DNA of 64,000 bases. Origin: Promethearchaeota archaeon. Lineage in GTDB: Archaea > Asgardarchaeota > Lokiarchaeia > Sigyniarchaeales > SOKP01. Location of the stretch: NCBI GenBank assembly GCA_011364925.1, contig RDOA01000004.1, positions 66,265 to 130,264 of the forward strand. Direction: 5' to 3'. Below are positions 30,860 through 40,394 of the stretch, piece by piece (position 1 is the first letter of the stretch; each line of letters begins with the position of its first letter). The notes beneath the pieces are model-generated. The model saw only the letters and a list, made by a program, of their open reading frames with translations. It was not told the origin of the DNA and made no database searches. The translations under genes were made by a program, and so were the position numbers.

Positions 30860-30895
30860 CTTTGATGAAAAAATCTGGTAAATATATTTGTTAAA

Positions 30896-31174
30896 TCAAT
30901 TCCTAATTCGTTTTAATTCGATCTTAACCACATTATATCGATCAGGACATTCTAATTCAACTATATCGGGATCCTGAGACCAAGGGAATGTGCCACCAAA
31001 TTGTAAGGTCAAAATTGTGGGGAATATGTCATGGTAAAAAAAGCCGCACAAACCTCCCGTATTATGGCCGCTCAGTTCGAATACATCTCCAACTTTATGT
31101 TTTGCATTACATCTACCTTTAACACTTTTAATGGTGCCAATTAACTTATAACTTTTTCTGTCGTTTTGACTCAT
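30896..31174 (-). CDS. TIGR04076-like small Cys protein
   Basis: VKGRCNAKHKVGD, GLCG, CPD pattern; start trimmed to ATG 31174. Confidence 0.75.
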   Translation of the reverse strand: MSQNDRKSYKLIGTIKSVKGRCNAKHKVGDVFELSGHNTGGLCGFFYHDIFPTILTLQFGGTFPWSQDPDIVELECPDRYNVVKIELKRIRN

Positions 31175-31189
31175 AAGTATACACATCAA

Positions 31190-32260
31190 TTAATTTGTAA
31201 TTTCTTTTCTTAATTCCTTTAGTATATTTTCTACTTTTTTATCCTTTATCCAATATCTAATTTTAGAACTTTTTAATAACGACTGAACCTTTTCGTTTAA
31301 TTCGTTCAGTTTTTGTTTTTCCTCTGGAGATAATTGTGGGATGTCTTCTTTTTTAGACTTAATAATCTTTTCAATATGTTCTTCAATAGAAGGAATCTCT
31401 ATTTGCTCCTTCCCTTCAATAAGAGCCTTTCTTAATATCTCTTTAATATTTCGTACCCAACCTTTTATCCAGGGATAAGCTCCAGATTTTATTGGATCTT
31501 GGATTTGGATATTCTTCCTCTTTACAACAATTAAATCGTCGGGGCAAGAATTTTCACACGCTCCACAATAGAAACATTCTTTTTCATTACAAGCAATTTT
31601 TCCGTATTTTATTACTTCTTCAGCACTTTCAGGTATGTAAAAAGATTCTACAGGACATATATTTACACATGCTTTACATCCTTGAGGATCACATTTATAA
31701 AGCATATTTTTTTTTATAATGACCTCTCCTTCTATAGGTGTGGCAATAGAAAAACAATCAGCGGGGCACTCCTTTGAGATTCTATAATATTCTTGAATAT
31801 GATTCCTTTTTCTTACATTCAAGCAAATTTGGCAAATTTCGTTATTTTTATCCTCAACACATTTATCAAAATCAATTTCGTAGAATTTTTCTATAGTAGG
31901 GAACTCATCCATGTCGATTTGTCCTTCAGGTTCGATATTTTCGTGAAACGCGTCAGTAGGGCATACAACAGCACATAGCATACAATAACAGCATTTATCA
32001 TGATCAATAAAAAGCTTTGGATTTGAATCGTCTAATAAATTTTGTGCAATTTCTGGAATTGGTCCAAGCTCTATCGCGTCAACTGGACAAACAAGTTTGC
32101 ACAAACTACACCCGATACATTTTTTAACATCGTACGTTAATTTCTTCTTAACATCCTTATATTGCCAGTTTAAAACTAACTTATCTAAAGCGATATCTAA
32201 GGATTTCTCAATTATTTCATTATCTTGTTCTAATTTTTTTTTTTCCGTAGATTCCGTAAT
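31190..32260 (-). CDS. Polyferredoxin (FwdF-like multi-[4Fe-4S] protein), 5' end extended beyond the ORF track
   Basis: Several CxxCxxCxxxCP motifs; the first motif (CIGCSLCKLVCP) begins upstream of the tracked TTG at 32104; frame open to 32290; ATT at 32260 with GGGAGA SD-like sequence. Confidence 0.85.
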   Translation of the reverse strand: MTESTEKKKLEQDNEIIEKSLDIALDKLVLNWQYKDVKKKLTYDVKKCIGCSLCKLVCPVDAIELGPIPEIAQNLLDDSNPKLFIDHDKCCYCMLCAVVCPTDAFHENIEPEGQIDMDEFPTIEKFYEIDFDKCVEDKNNEICQICLNVRKRNHIQEYYRISKECPADCFSIATPIEGEVIIKKNMLYKCDPQGCKACVNICPVESFYIPESAEEVIKYGKIACNEKECFYCGACENSCPDDLIVVKRKNIQIQDPIKSGAYPWIKGWVRNIKEILRKALIEGKEQIEIPSIEEHIEKIIKSKKEDIPQLSPEEKQKLNELNEKVQSLLKSSKIRYWIKDKKVENILKELRKEITN

Positions 32261-32355
32261 TTTGCTTCTCCCAAAAACTATAATATAAGTTTACTAATTA
32301 AATTAAATTGTTCTGATTAAATAATGTTAACTCTTTAATAATTCATTTAAAAAAA

Positions 32356-32886
32356 TTAAGAAAAGTAGGTTTGACTCTCTTTGTCGAATCCGGGAACATA
32401 ATCAATATGCAAACCCCCTGGTCGTACATCAGGAGGAATATAAGTAATTTTTAAGTTAGGGATAAAAGCACCAATACCTTTTTCTGCTAGCACTATTACA
32501 GGATGGTCGGCTTCTTTAAATTTTTCTCTAATAACTTTTAATGTTGCTAATCGACAATTCTCCTCAATGAGTAAATTAACTTTCTTCCCATCTGGATAAT
32601 AAAAACGTAATGAATGGATGTACTCATGGAGAAGAATATGATAAGTATAAGCCCAAACAATTTCATAAGGTTGAGAAGATAAAATGATTTTTAAGGGAGA
32701 TTTATTCATGATAATATCTGTTCCTGGGTGAATATGCATTCCTCCTATAAATCCGCCACCAAACATTCCCATTTCAGCAAGACCTAAACTTAAACCTGCG
32801 CGATGACGACCCAAAGTTTTTTCTACATCTATTTTAACAGTTTTAAATATATCAGGCATTAATTTTGTCAATTGGGTAAGATCCAT
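32356..32886 (-). CDS. Minimal zincin metallopeptidase-like protein (HExxH)
   Basis: YHILLHEYIHSL, RAGLSLGLAE; ATG 32886 with GAGGTGG SD. Confidence 0.75.
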   Translation of the reverse strand: MDLTQLTKLMPDIFKTVKIDVEKTLGRHRAGLSLGLAEMGMFGGGFIGGMHIHPGTDIIMNKSPLKIILSSQPYEIVWAYTYHILLHEYIHSLRFYYPDGKKVNLLIEENCRLATLKVIREKFKEADHPVIVLAEKGIGAFIPNLKITYIPPDVRPGGLHIDYVPGFDKESQTYFS

Positions 32887-32900
32887 TTTCCACCTCAATT

Positions 32901-33680
32901 TTAAATATCAAAAAACCAGTCATCTTCATCTTGTTTAAAGAAATCCATAAGGTTTGAAAGGTCATTAAGTAAGTGTTTAATAGATACTCTATGTTGATCC
33001 CTTCTGATGACATCCATTCTTGAGAAAAATAAATCATCTAAGAGATTGTCAATACTAATTCGTTTATTATATTTTATGGGATTATAGAATATTGTGTAAA
33101 AAATCTCTTTTTCTAGATTTGGCAGCTCCTTTCTAAGATTTTTTTCATATTGTTTTGACATTAGATTTTTTAATTCCACTATCAAACACTCTTTTTTGCG
33201 TAATAATTCTTTTCTCTTCACTTCCAATTGATTAATACTTTTTTCTACATCTGTTATGTTTTCTCCTAAAAACCGTATTTTATTATCGGGTTTTTTAATT
33301 TTATCATAATCTACTTTATAACCTGCCTTTGAAAGTAAACGTACGTCACTTTTATCGATATCTGATATTCTATAATCTACATTATAGTAATCCGGGGTAA
33401 TATCTATTCTCAATGATAAATTACTTTTAATTCGATATTTTTTATCGCGAGGGTCTGATCCAATACTCTCGATAATTCCATCATCTTCAAGACTCTTAAG
33501 TTGGGTATGAATTGCTTGTCTTGAAATTCTAGCACCAAATGACGCAGCTAAATCTGAAGCTCCTAGAGGTACTTTTGCTAGTTTAGATAGGATAATTCTT
33601 CTTGTTGGATTTCCAATTATTTCTAATATATTATCCAAGTTTAATGATTTTTCATTATATTCATTTTCGTTAACTTCCAT
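32901..33680 (-). CDS. ArsR-type wHTH regulator with coiled coil (HSR1/Phr-like heat-shock repressor candidate)
   Basis: ILEIIGNPTRRIILSKL, ISRQAIHTQLKSLE, RKKYRI-like wing, LRIDITP, coiled coil. Confidence 0.85.
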   Translation of the reverse strand: MEVNENEYNEKSLNLDNILEIIGNPTRRIILSKLAKVPLGASDLAASFGARISRQAIHTQLKSLEDDGIIESIGSDPRDKKYRIKSNLSLRIDITPDYYNVDYRISDIDKSDVRLLSKAGYKVDYDKIKKPDNKIRFLGENITDVEKSINQLEVKRKELLRKKECLIVELKNLMSKQYEKNLRKELPNLEKEIFYTIFYNPIKYNKRISIDNLLDDLFFSRMDVIRRDQHRVSIKHLLNDLSNLMDFFKQDEDDWFFDI

Positions 33681-33697
33681 ACTTTTTCACTTCCTTC

Positions 33698-36013
33698 TTA
33701 TCTATACATGTCTTCGGATCCTACTGCGGACTGATCGTGGATCCTCTTGGCTCTATCTGCACCTTTAAGAACTTTTTCGATTGCTTCATTAAATTCTTCT
33801 TGCTTTATCTTTACTTTACTTACGAGATCGTTTTCAACTTTTTTGATTTTTTCTTCAAGTTCCTTGAGTTCTTTACTTGAAGCTTTTTCTAACTGCAGTT
33901 TTTCCAACTCTGCTTGATAATTAAGTAGTGTTTTCTTTTTATCATCAACAATAGGGATGTTTTTACGGATCGTTATAAGTGTAGCTTCTTCACAAATAGC
34001 TTGAATATCAGCTCCAGTATAACCCTCCAATTCTACAGCTAGCTTTTCAAAATCTACATCTGTTGCCAATGGTTTGTGTTTAAGATGAATCTTAAAAATA
34101 TCCTTTCGTGTCTCAAAATCGGGCATCGGAATTTCAATATGCCGTCCAAACCTTCCTGATCGGAGTAAAGCGGGATCAAGCATATCTGGTCTATTTGTAG
34201 CTGCGAGCAATATAACTTTTTCTAAATCTTCTAATCCGTCCATTTCAGTTAATAATTGTGATATTACTTGGTCTGTTACCTCCGAACTTGCAGATCTTCC
34301 CCTCATCCCTGCGATCGCATCGATTTCGTCAAAAAATATGATACACGGAGCTGCAGCTCTTGCTTTCCTAAATGTCTCCCTAACAGCTTTTTCACTTTCA
34401 CCAACCCATTTGGATAAAAATTCTGGTCCTTTTACAGAAATGAAATTTACTTCGCTTTCATGAGCTAATGCTCTTGCCAACAGTGTTTTTCCGGTTCCAG
34501 GAGGTCCATACAATAAGATCCCACTTGGTGGGTGTGAAGCTAAATGATTATATAATTCGGGATATTTTAATGGCCACTCAATGATTTCCCTTAATTGCAT
34601 CTTAGCATCTTCTAATCCTCCTACATCATCCCAAGTTTCTCTCGGTTGAGATATGACTACTTCTCTCAACGCAGAAGGTTCAATACTATTTAGAGCTGTA
34701 GTAAAGTTCTCCATTTTAATCTTAATTGAGTCTAATATTTCAAAGGGAACTGGTTTATCCAAATCTATTTTTGGGATTATTTCTCTAATAGCTAACATTG
34801 CAGCTTCTTTTGCTAGGGCTTCAATGTCAGCGCCAACGAAACCATGAGTCCTTTCTGCAAGTGCTCTTAAATCCACATCCTCTAATAAGGGCATACCTCG
34901 CGTGTGGATTTGAAGTATTTCATACCTTCCGTCCGTATCTGGAACTCCAATTTCGATTTCTTTATCAAATCTACCTGGCCTACGAAGAGCAATATCAATG
35001 TCATTAACTCTATTTGTTGCTCCGATTACAATAATTTCACCCCTCCCTTCCAATCCGTCGAGTAGAGATAAGAGCTGAGCTACAACCCTTCTTTCAACTT
35101 CCCCAGTGACTTCTCCTCTTTTTGGAGCTATAGAATCTAATTCATCGATAAATATTATTGAAGGTGCATTCCTCTTTGCATCCTCAAAAATGTCTCTCAA
35201 ATTTTGTTCGCTTTGCCCGTAAAATTTACTCATAATTTCAGGGCCGCTAATTGTTTTGAAATTAGCTTCAGTTTCAAAGGCTACGGCTCTTGCCAGTAAA
35301 GTTTTTCCTGTTCCAGGAGGTCCGTGTAGTAATACACCCTTCGGAGGTTCTATACCTATTCTTAGAAACAGTTCAGGATGTCTCATAGGCAATTCAATCA
35401 TTTCACGGATTCTTTGAATTTCGTCTGCTAAACCTCCTATATCCTCGTAACTAACTCTAGCTTTTTCTCTCTCTATAAGCTCTTTGTGTGTTTTTTCGCT
35501 TATTCTAATCTCTGTTTCCAAAGCTATTCTCACTGCATCCGTTTTCGGTTCAAAATCAATGACGATCATATCGTATTTTCTATTGTAAGCATAAAAACTT
35601 AAAATATCATCTTTAGTAATAACTCTATTTTCTAAAAGTTTATTCAATTGGTTTGAACTAATAACAATTGATTCAGACAAACTTGCTAGCACAACTTTTT
35701 CAGCTACATCAGCTTTAATTTTGCGTATTTCAACATAATCATCAACTGTAGCATCTATATTCTTCCTTAAAAAAGGATCAAGTCTTACAATTCCAGTTCC
35801 TTTATCATCTGTTTTACCTGGATACAACAATGCTGCAGTTTTTAATTTTGAAATAGGGTGAAATATTTCAATAGCATCACCAGTTTTCAATTTTAGCTGT
35901 TTTATTACATCTGGATCTATTCTTACTCTACCCATCCCCGAATCCTCCTTTAATGCATCCTTTACCCTTAATTTATTATCTCGTCCTTCAAAACCACTCG
36001 AAATTCCGCTCAT
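33698..36013 (-). CDS. cdc48: CDC48/VCP (VAT) family AAA+ ATPase
   Basis: N-domain, two AAA modules (GPPGTGKT twice, FIDELD/FFDEID), RPGRFD, C-terminal HbYX (MYR). Confidence 0.97.
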   Translation of the reverse strand: MSGISSGFEGRDNKLRVKDALKEDSGMGRVRIDPDVIKQLKLKTGDAIEIFHPISKLKTAALLYPGKTDDKGTGIVRLDPFLRKNIDATVDDYVEIRKIKADVAEKVVLASLSESIVISSNQLNKLLENRVITKDDILSFYAYNRKYDMIVIDFEPKTDAVRIALETEIRISEKTHKELIEREKARVSYEDIGGLADEIQRIREMIELPMRHPELFLRIGIEPPKGVLLHGPPGTGKTLLARAVAFETEANFKTISGPEIMSKFYGQSEQNLRDIFEDAKRNAPSIIFIDELDSIAPKRGEVTGEVERRVVAQLLSLLDGLEGRGEIIVIGATNRVNDIDIALRRPGRFDKEIEIGVPDTDGRYEILQIHTRGMPLLEDVDLRALAERTHGFVGADIEALAKEAAMLAIREIIPKIDLDKPVPFEILDSIKIKMENFTTALNSIEPSALREVVISQPRETWDDVGGLEDAKMQLREIIEWPLKYPELYNHLASHPPSGILLYGPPGTGKTLLARALAHESEVNFISVKGPEFLSKWVGESEKAVRETFRKARAAAPCIIFFDEIDAIAGMRGRSASSEVTDQVISQLLTEMDGLEDLEKVILLAATNRPDMLDPALLRSGRFGRHIEIPMPDFETRKDIFKIHLKHKPLATDVDFEKLAVELEGYTGADIQAICEEATLITIRKNIPIVDDKKKTLLNYQAELEKLQLEKASSKELKELEEKIKKVENDLVSKVKIKQEEFNEAIEKVLKGADRAKRIHDQSAVGSEDMYR

Positions 36014-36027
36014 GATTGATACATCCT

Positions 36028-36666
36028 CTATGATTTCTTTTTTCTCATTATTATCGACACGATGCCATTATTCACTTCTAAAATGTGATTTTCCATTGTC
36101 GATTCAAACGGTAATTGAATCACTTTTTCGGTATTAACAAAATTGATTTCTATTGATATCTTAAGTTTTCGACCATCCTCGCTTAAACTTAGAAGGATGT
36201 GTCCTTTTTCTACTCCGGGAGCTTCTACAAGAATATCCGCGTAATCATCGTAAACATTTATTTCATGATAAGGAACTTTTGACTTTGTCATAGATTTGTT
36301 TCCCTCAATTTTTGGTTGTAATGATAATTTTCCTACATTAATGGGTTGTTTTCTTTTTGACGGGTTTAACCGCTTTAATTGGGAAAAGTTGGAAATATTT
36401 AACCTTTTAAAATAATCCTGAAGCTTTTTTTCATCAACCTCGCCCTCAATTCTGATCTCAGGTTTGTCCATTCCCGTCTCAAAATGATATGTAACTTTAA
36501 ATCCTTTCATATTTTTATCTTTTGGACTCACATTTGGATCATAATTTGGTTCGGGTAGAAATAAAAAATCCACATCAAAAATATCTGAGTCTATATTAAG
36601 ATATTTTTTAATACGCTCAATAAAATCATTATAATCGTCATCATAATCGTCAGACAACAATATCAC
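36028..36666 (-). CDS. Hsp20/alpha-crystallin-like protein (divergent)
   Basis: [22 protein letters not shown]; archaeal sHSP-type N-terminus ([16 protein letters not shown]). Confidence 0.75.
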   Translation of the reverse strand: MILLSDDYDDDYNDFIERIKKYLNIDSDIFDVDFLFLPEPNYDPNVSPKDKNMKGFKVTYHFETGMDKPEIRIEGEVDEKKLQDYFKRLNISNFSQLKRLNPSKRKQPINVGKLSLQPKIEGNKSMTKSKVPYHEINVYDDYADILVEAPGVEKGHILLSLSEDGRKLKISIEINFVNTEKVIQLPFESTMENHILEVNNGIVSIIMRKKKS

Positions 36667-36679
36667 CTTTTCAAGAAAT

Positions 36680-36698
36680 TGTCAATCTTTAATTGACA
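36680..36698. promoter_or_regulatory. Palindromic operator candidate TGTCAAT-N5-ATTGACA
   Basis: Perfect 7-5-7 inverted repeat immediately upstream of the hsp20-cdc48-ArsR operon, abutting a TTTAT TATA-like element on the minus strand. Confidence 0.65.
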
Positions 36699-36778
36699 TA
36701 AAGCACTTTACCCTAAAAAATGTATCGTTTTTTAAAAATAAGCCTTTAACTAGGAGAAAATTTTAAAAGAAAATCTAA

Positions 36779-37372
36779 TTATTCAAAGAGCGAAATCAAT
36801 TGTGAATTGTATACTTTTTTCAATACAATCTCTAGCAATTCTTCAAAGGATTCTACGATTCCCTCATCGTGAATAGCAACTGTTTTTTTAGTCTTTAGGT
36901 TGTTGTACTTAAAATAGTTGATGTTCTCGAGAAATTCAGAAGTTTTAAACTTATCTTCCAGATCTTGTTTATTAAAGGCTAGAATTTTTGGAATTTTTTC
37001 AAAGTCTTCTTGAAAATAATTACATAATTCGTTCCACGAGGTTAAATTTCGATAATAGGCTGAAGTTTGCGAATCAGCAACGAAAATGATTCCATCTATT
37101 GCTCGTAGAGTAACAGGTCTAGTTATAATGTAAAAGTCTTGACCAGTTGTAGAATAAAGGTGGAGTTTAAGGAGCCATTGAGAATTTTCAAAGGTTATCG
37201 TACCATAGTCAAAAAATAAGGTTCTTCGTATGCTATTATCTATACTTAATACCTCATCTTCTTTTCCAAAGTGTTTAAACAAGGATTTTAAGGTAGTGGT
37301 TTTACCCGAAAGAGCAGGACCAAAATAACAAATTTTTAATTGAATTGTCTGGCTTAAGTGATCTATTATCAT
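36779..37372 (-). CDS. MglA-like small GTPase
   Basis: KICYFGPALSGKTT, RTLFFDY, LYSTTGQ, DGIIFVADS, NKQDL. Confidence 0.9.
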   Translation of the reverse strand: MIIDHLSQTIQLKICYFGPALSGKTTTLKSLFKHFGKEDEVLSIDNSIRRTLFFDYGTITFENSQWLLKLHLYSTTGQDFYIITRPVTLRAIDGIIFVADSQTSAYYRNLTSWNELCNYFQEDFEKIPKILAFNKQDLEDKFKTSEFLENINYFKYNNLKTKKTVAIHDEGIVESFEELLEIVLKKVYNSQLISLFE

Positions 37373-37455
37373 CTTTGAGATTGCTATATTGGGTTTTATC
37401 TTATATTCTAAGATGAAGTATATTAATCTCGAGTATTTTTCGCTAATTTTTAAAA

Positions 37456-38196
37456 CTAAAAATTACGAGATTCGATTAATCTCTCGATAATTAGCGGGAG
37501 TTCACTCATATTTTCCACATAAAAGGGAAATTGAGGTTTGTGTTGGCCAGTTATACAAGCTTGGATGACATCAGCTCCTACCTCTTGTGCATTTTCAAGG
37601 AATCTAGGCTGATCTTCAATAATTATTGAGTTAGACGGGTTCACACCTGAATGTTTGAAAATTGCTTCATAATAATCTATCCCAGATTTCCAAGTGTTAA
37701 CCAAGTCTGGACCATAAAACTCTTTAAAATAATGGATAACACCCATTCCTTCTAAATACATCTTCATTTCAGTAGAGACAGCTCCTGCTGCTGTGTAAAG
37801 GATAAACCCTCTTGCGGATAATTCTTTGATTGAATCGATAATTCCTGGTATAGCAGATCTGATTTTTGGAATTACGTAATCTCTTGCTGAATTAAATACT
37901 TCTTCAATGTTTATATTTCTGGGGAGTCTCTTTCCCGCTTCTTTAAACATCCCTAGTACCATATTTCTTTTAAAATCGTTATAAAAACTCTGGTAATCAT
38001 CAAAATATTCCTTTCCGTCTTGCCAGAAAATATCAAATAAAGTAGAAATAAGTTTGTAGTTTGCTTCTCCCCAAATATCTGGTTCACCACCAAATCTCTT
38101 TGAGTAATAATCTCCTACAAATTTTTCCCATTGTTGTCCGCGAATCTTGTTATCGTTTAAAACACCACCATCATCAAAGAATATCGTAATCCCCAT
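37456..38196 (-). CDS. HAD-superfamily hydrolase
   Basis: FFDDGGVL motif I, K and IEDQ motifs. Confidence 0.85.
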   Translation of the reverse strand: MGITIFFDDGGVLNDNKIRGQQWEKFVGDYYSKRFGGEPDIWGEANYKLISTLFDIFWQDGKEYFDDYQSFYNDFKRNMVLGMFKEAGKRLPRNINIEEVFNSARDYVIPKIRSAIPGIIDSIKELSARGFILYTAAGAVSTEMKMYLEGMGVIHYFKEFYGPDLVNTWKSGIDYYEAIFKHSGVNPSNSIIIEDQPRFLENAQEVGADVIQACITGQHKPQFPFYVENMSELPLIIERLIESRNF

Positions 38197-38208
38197 TTAT
38201 TATTCACT

Positions 38209-39261
38209 TTACCTTGCATTTTTCACATCCTTTATAACTTCATAAGTTCTTCTTAAAAGTTCATAAGCAACTTGCGGGGGGTTCCAGCCTTTAAGACCAC
38301 AATCAGGTCCCACGAATTTGACGCGATCTCCATAATGTTCGAGAGCAAATAGTAGATTTTTCTTAATGAACTCCTTTGAATCTATTAAGGACATAACTCC
38401 TTCAAAAGTCTTAAATTTATCAAGTGAGATTCCAGCATCTAATTTATCGGCGATAATTCTATTAATATTCGTTTTAGTGATACCAACTCGAATGAATTTA
38501 TCAAATTCTTCTAAATCCTTTTTAGGGATGACATTGGAATGGTCAGAGGCATATTCACACGTGAGTACATCTATACTTTCTGCTTTTATAGGAATTGAGT
38601 ATTTTTGTAAAGTATGAAGGTGAATTTGGATAATACTCTCTACATTCTCTACAGTTTTATTGAAAGTTTTTATTATTGCATCTTCTTCGATATTAAACAT
38701 ATCGACATATCCGAATGAAGGTTCATCAATAGACACAACATTGCTTTGAAGATATTTTGTGTTTTTTATCGATTGTTTCAGAATTGTATTAAGCGATTTA
38801 GCAAAATTTAAAGCTATATCAGGGTATACAGTAAAACCATGCTTTTTTATATATAATTCTATAGGTCCTGTAACACATACTTTTATTTTCAGTGTATTTC
38901 CAGTTCTCTCATAAAAATCTTTTGCAAAACGTTCTAAAATAAAAAGTTCTGGAATGATAGCCTTATTAGGATTTATCAGAGATGGCTCAGTTTCGTGATC
39001 ATTAATTGGTTTTAAAAATTGCGTATACATATCCATATGTTGGGGATAATTTATTATCTCTACGCCCGCATTTAATTTTAACTGGAAAGATTGGAGGAAT
39101 GGATGGATAAAAAAATTATAAATCCCCCTATTATCAAAAATGTCGGCATTATTAACGATTCCATTGTAAGCTGCCCAATAAAACTGAGAGAATTTGTCAA
39201 ACTCAACATAGTCTGGTAATGGAAAACTTCCTACATCGTCAAATAGGGGAAATTCTTTCAT
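38209..39261 (-). CDS. Core methionine synthase, MetE C-domain-like (MesC-like)
   Basis: DDVGSFPLP, NYPQ, VTGPIEL, SIDEPS, IHLH, GPDCGL. Confidence 0.8.
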   Translation of the reverse strand: MKEFPLFDDVGSFPLPDYVEFDKFSQFYWAAYNGIVNNADIFDNRGIYNFFIHPFLQSFQLKLNAGVEIINYPQHMDMYTQFLKPINDHETEPSLINPNKAIIPELFILERFAKDFYERTGNTLKIKVCVTGPIELYIKKHGFTVYPDIALNFAKSLNTILKQSIKNTKYLQSNVVSIDEPSFGYVDMFNIEEDAIIKTFNKTVENVESIIQIHLHTLQKYSIPIKAESIDVLTCEYASDHSNVIPKKDLEEFDKFIRVGITKTNINRIIADKLDAGISLDKFKTFEGVMSLIDSKEFIKKNLLFALEHYGDRVKFVGPDCGLKGWNPPQVAYELLRRTYEVIKDVKNAR

Positions 39262-39328
39262 AAAATGTCATTCAGCCTAATACACTAATTTCGTTAATCA
39301 TAAATAATCCTCTATAACAAATATATGT

Positions 39329-40387
39329 ATGGAACAAGAGTTAATTAATAAACAAATCAAAAAAAAGAAAAAACAACAAATTGCGAACTTAGCGTTAGCA
39401 GCAAAAAGTGCTAAGGAAAATAACGGGAAACCATTTATATTTCACTTTCTAACCACTTTAAGGTGCAATTGCGATTGTGAAACCTGTCTTTGGAAAGATA
39501 ATACAAAAAAGGACGAACTATCTTTTAAAGAAATTAAGCAGATTTATTTAGAAGCTAAAAAAGCAGGATTTCTCGTTACTATTCTTTGGGGTGGAGAGCC
39601 TCTTATTAGAAAAGATGTGACAGATATTATTAAATTCGTTAAGAAGGAACTAAAATTTACAATTGTAGGGATTGTGACAAATGGGTGGTTCCTTCCTGAG
39701 AAAATCGAAGAATTTGGAGAAGATATTGACTTTATTTTAATTTCATTAGATTCTCCTAAGGCTGAAGAACATGATCAAATTAGAAAGTTACCTGGACTGT
39801 ATAATAGGATAATGAATTCTATTACTACAATTAAATCTAAATATCCATTAATTTCTCTTCAATTTAGTTTTTCTATTAGTAAGTATAACATAGACCGCGT
39901 TGAAGAAATGATAATACTATCGGATAAACTAGGAGTTCCTGTAGCTTTTAATGTAATAAATACGGTTCGTCATTATTCATATGAAGAAATCGATGAGAAA
40001 GGTACTCTTTCAGCGAAGGATAGCGAGATTAGTAATGCTTTTGAGAGGATTCTAAGTGCTAAAAAGAAAGGTTCGAAAATTTTGAATTCAGAAATGTATC
40101 TGAACCATTTTATCGGTGGGAAAAAGCAATACAAATGCCATGCTAAAAAGGTCTTTATGTTTGTGAACTATAACGGAGATGTTGAAAATTGCCTTCAGCT
40201 TGATAAACCTATTGCCAATTTGAAACAAATTTCAGTCAGTGAAGTGCTACAACTCCCAGAATTCAAAAAGTTTATTGAAGAAAGCGAAAAGTGTTATAGT
40301 TGTAATTCTCCGACAATGATCGACACAAGTTTTCTATGGGAGGATATAAGCTTATTAACACGATCAGGAGGGATTTCATTTGGTTAA
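39329..40387 (+). CDS. Radical SAM protein with C-terminal SPASM/Twitch-like domain
   Basis: CNCDCETC (CxxxCxxC), WGGEPLIR, TNG, C-terminal C...GDVENC...CYSC. Confidence 0.9.
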   Translation: MEQELINKQIKKKKKQQIANLALAAKSAKENNGKPFIFHFLTTLRCNCDCETCLWKDNTKKDELSFKEIKQIYLEAKKAGFLVTILWGGEPLIRKDVTDIIKFVKKELKFTIVGIVTNGWFLPEKIEEFGEDIDFILISLDSPKAEEHDQIRKLPGLYNRIMNSITTIKSKYPLISLQFSFSISKYNIDRVEEMIILSDKLGVPVAFNVINTVRHYSYEEIDEKGTLSAKDSEISNAFERILSAKKKGSKILNSEMYLNHFIGGKKQYKCHAKKVFMFVNYNGDVENCLQLDKPIANLKQISVSEVLQLPEFKKFIEESEKCYSCNSPTMIDTSFLWEDISLLTRSGGISFG

Positions 40388-40394
40388 AAAGTTA

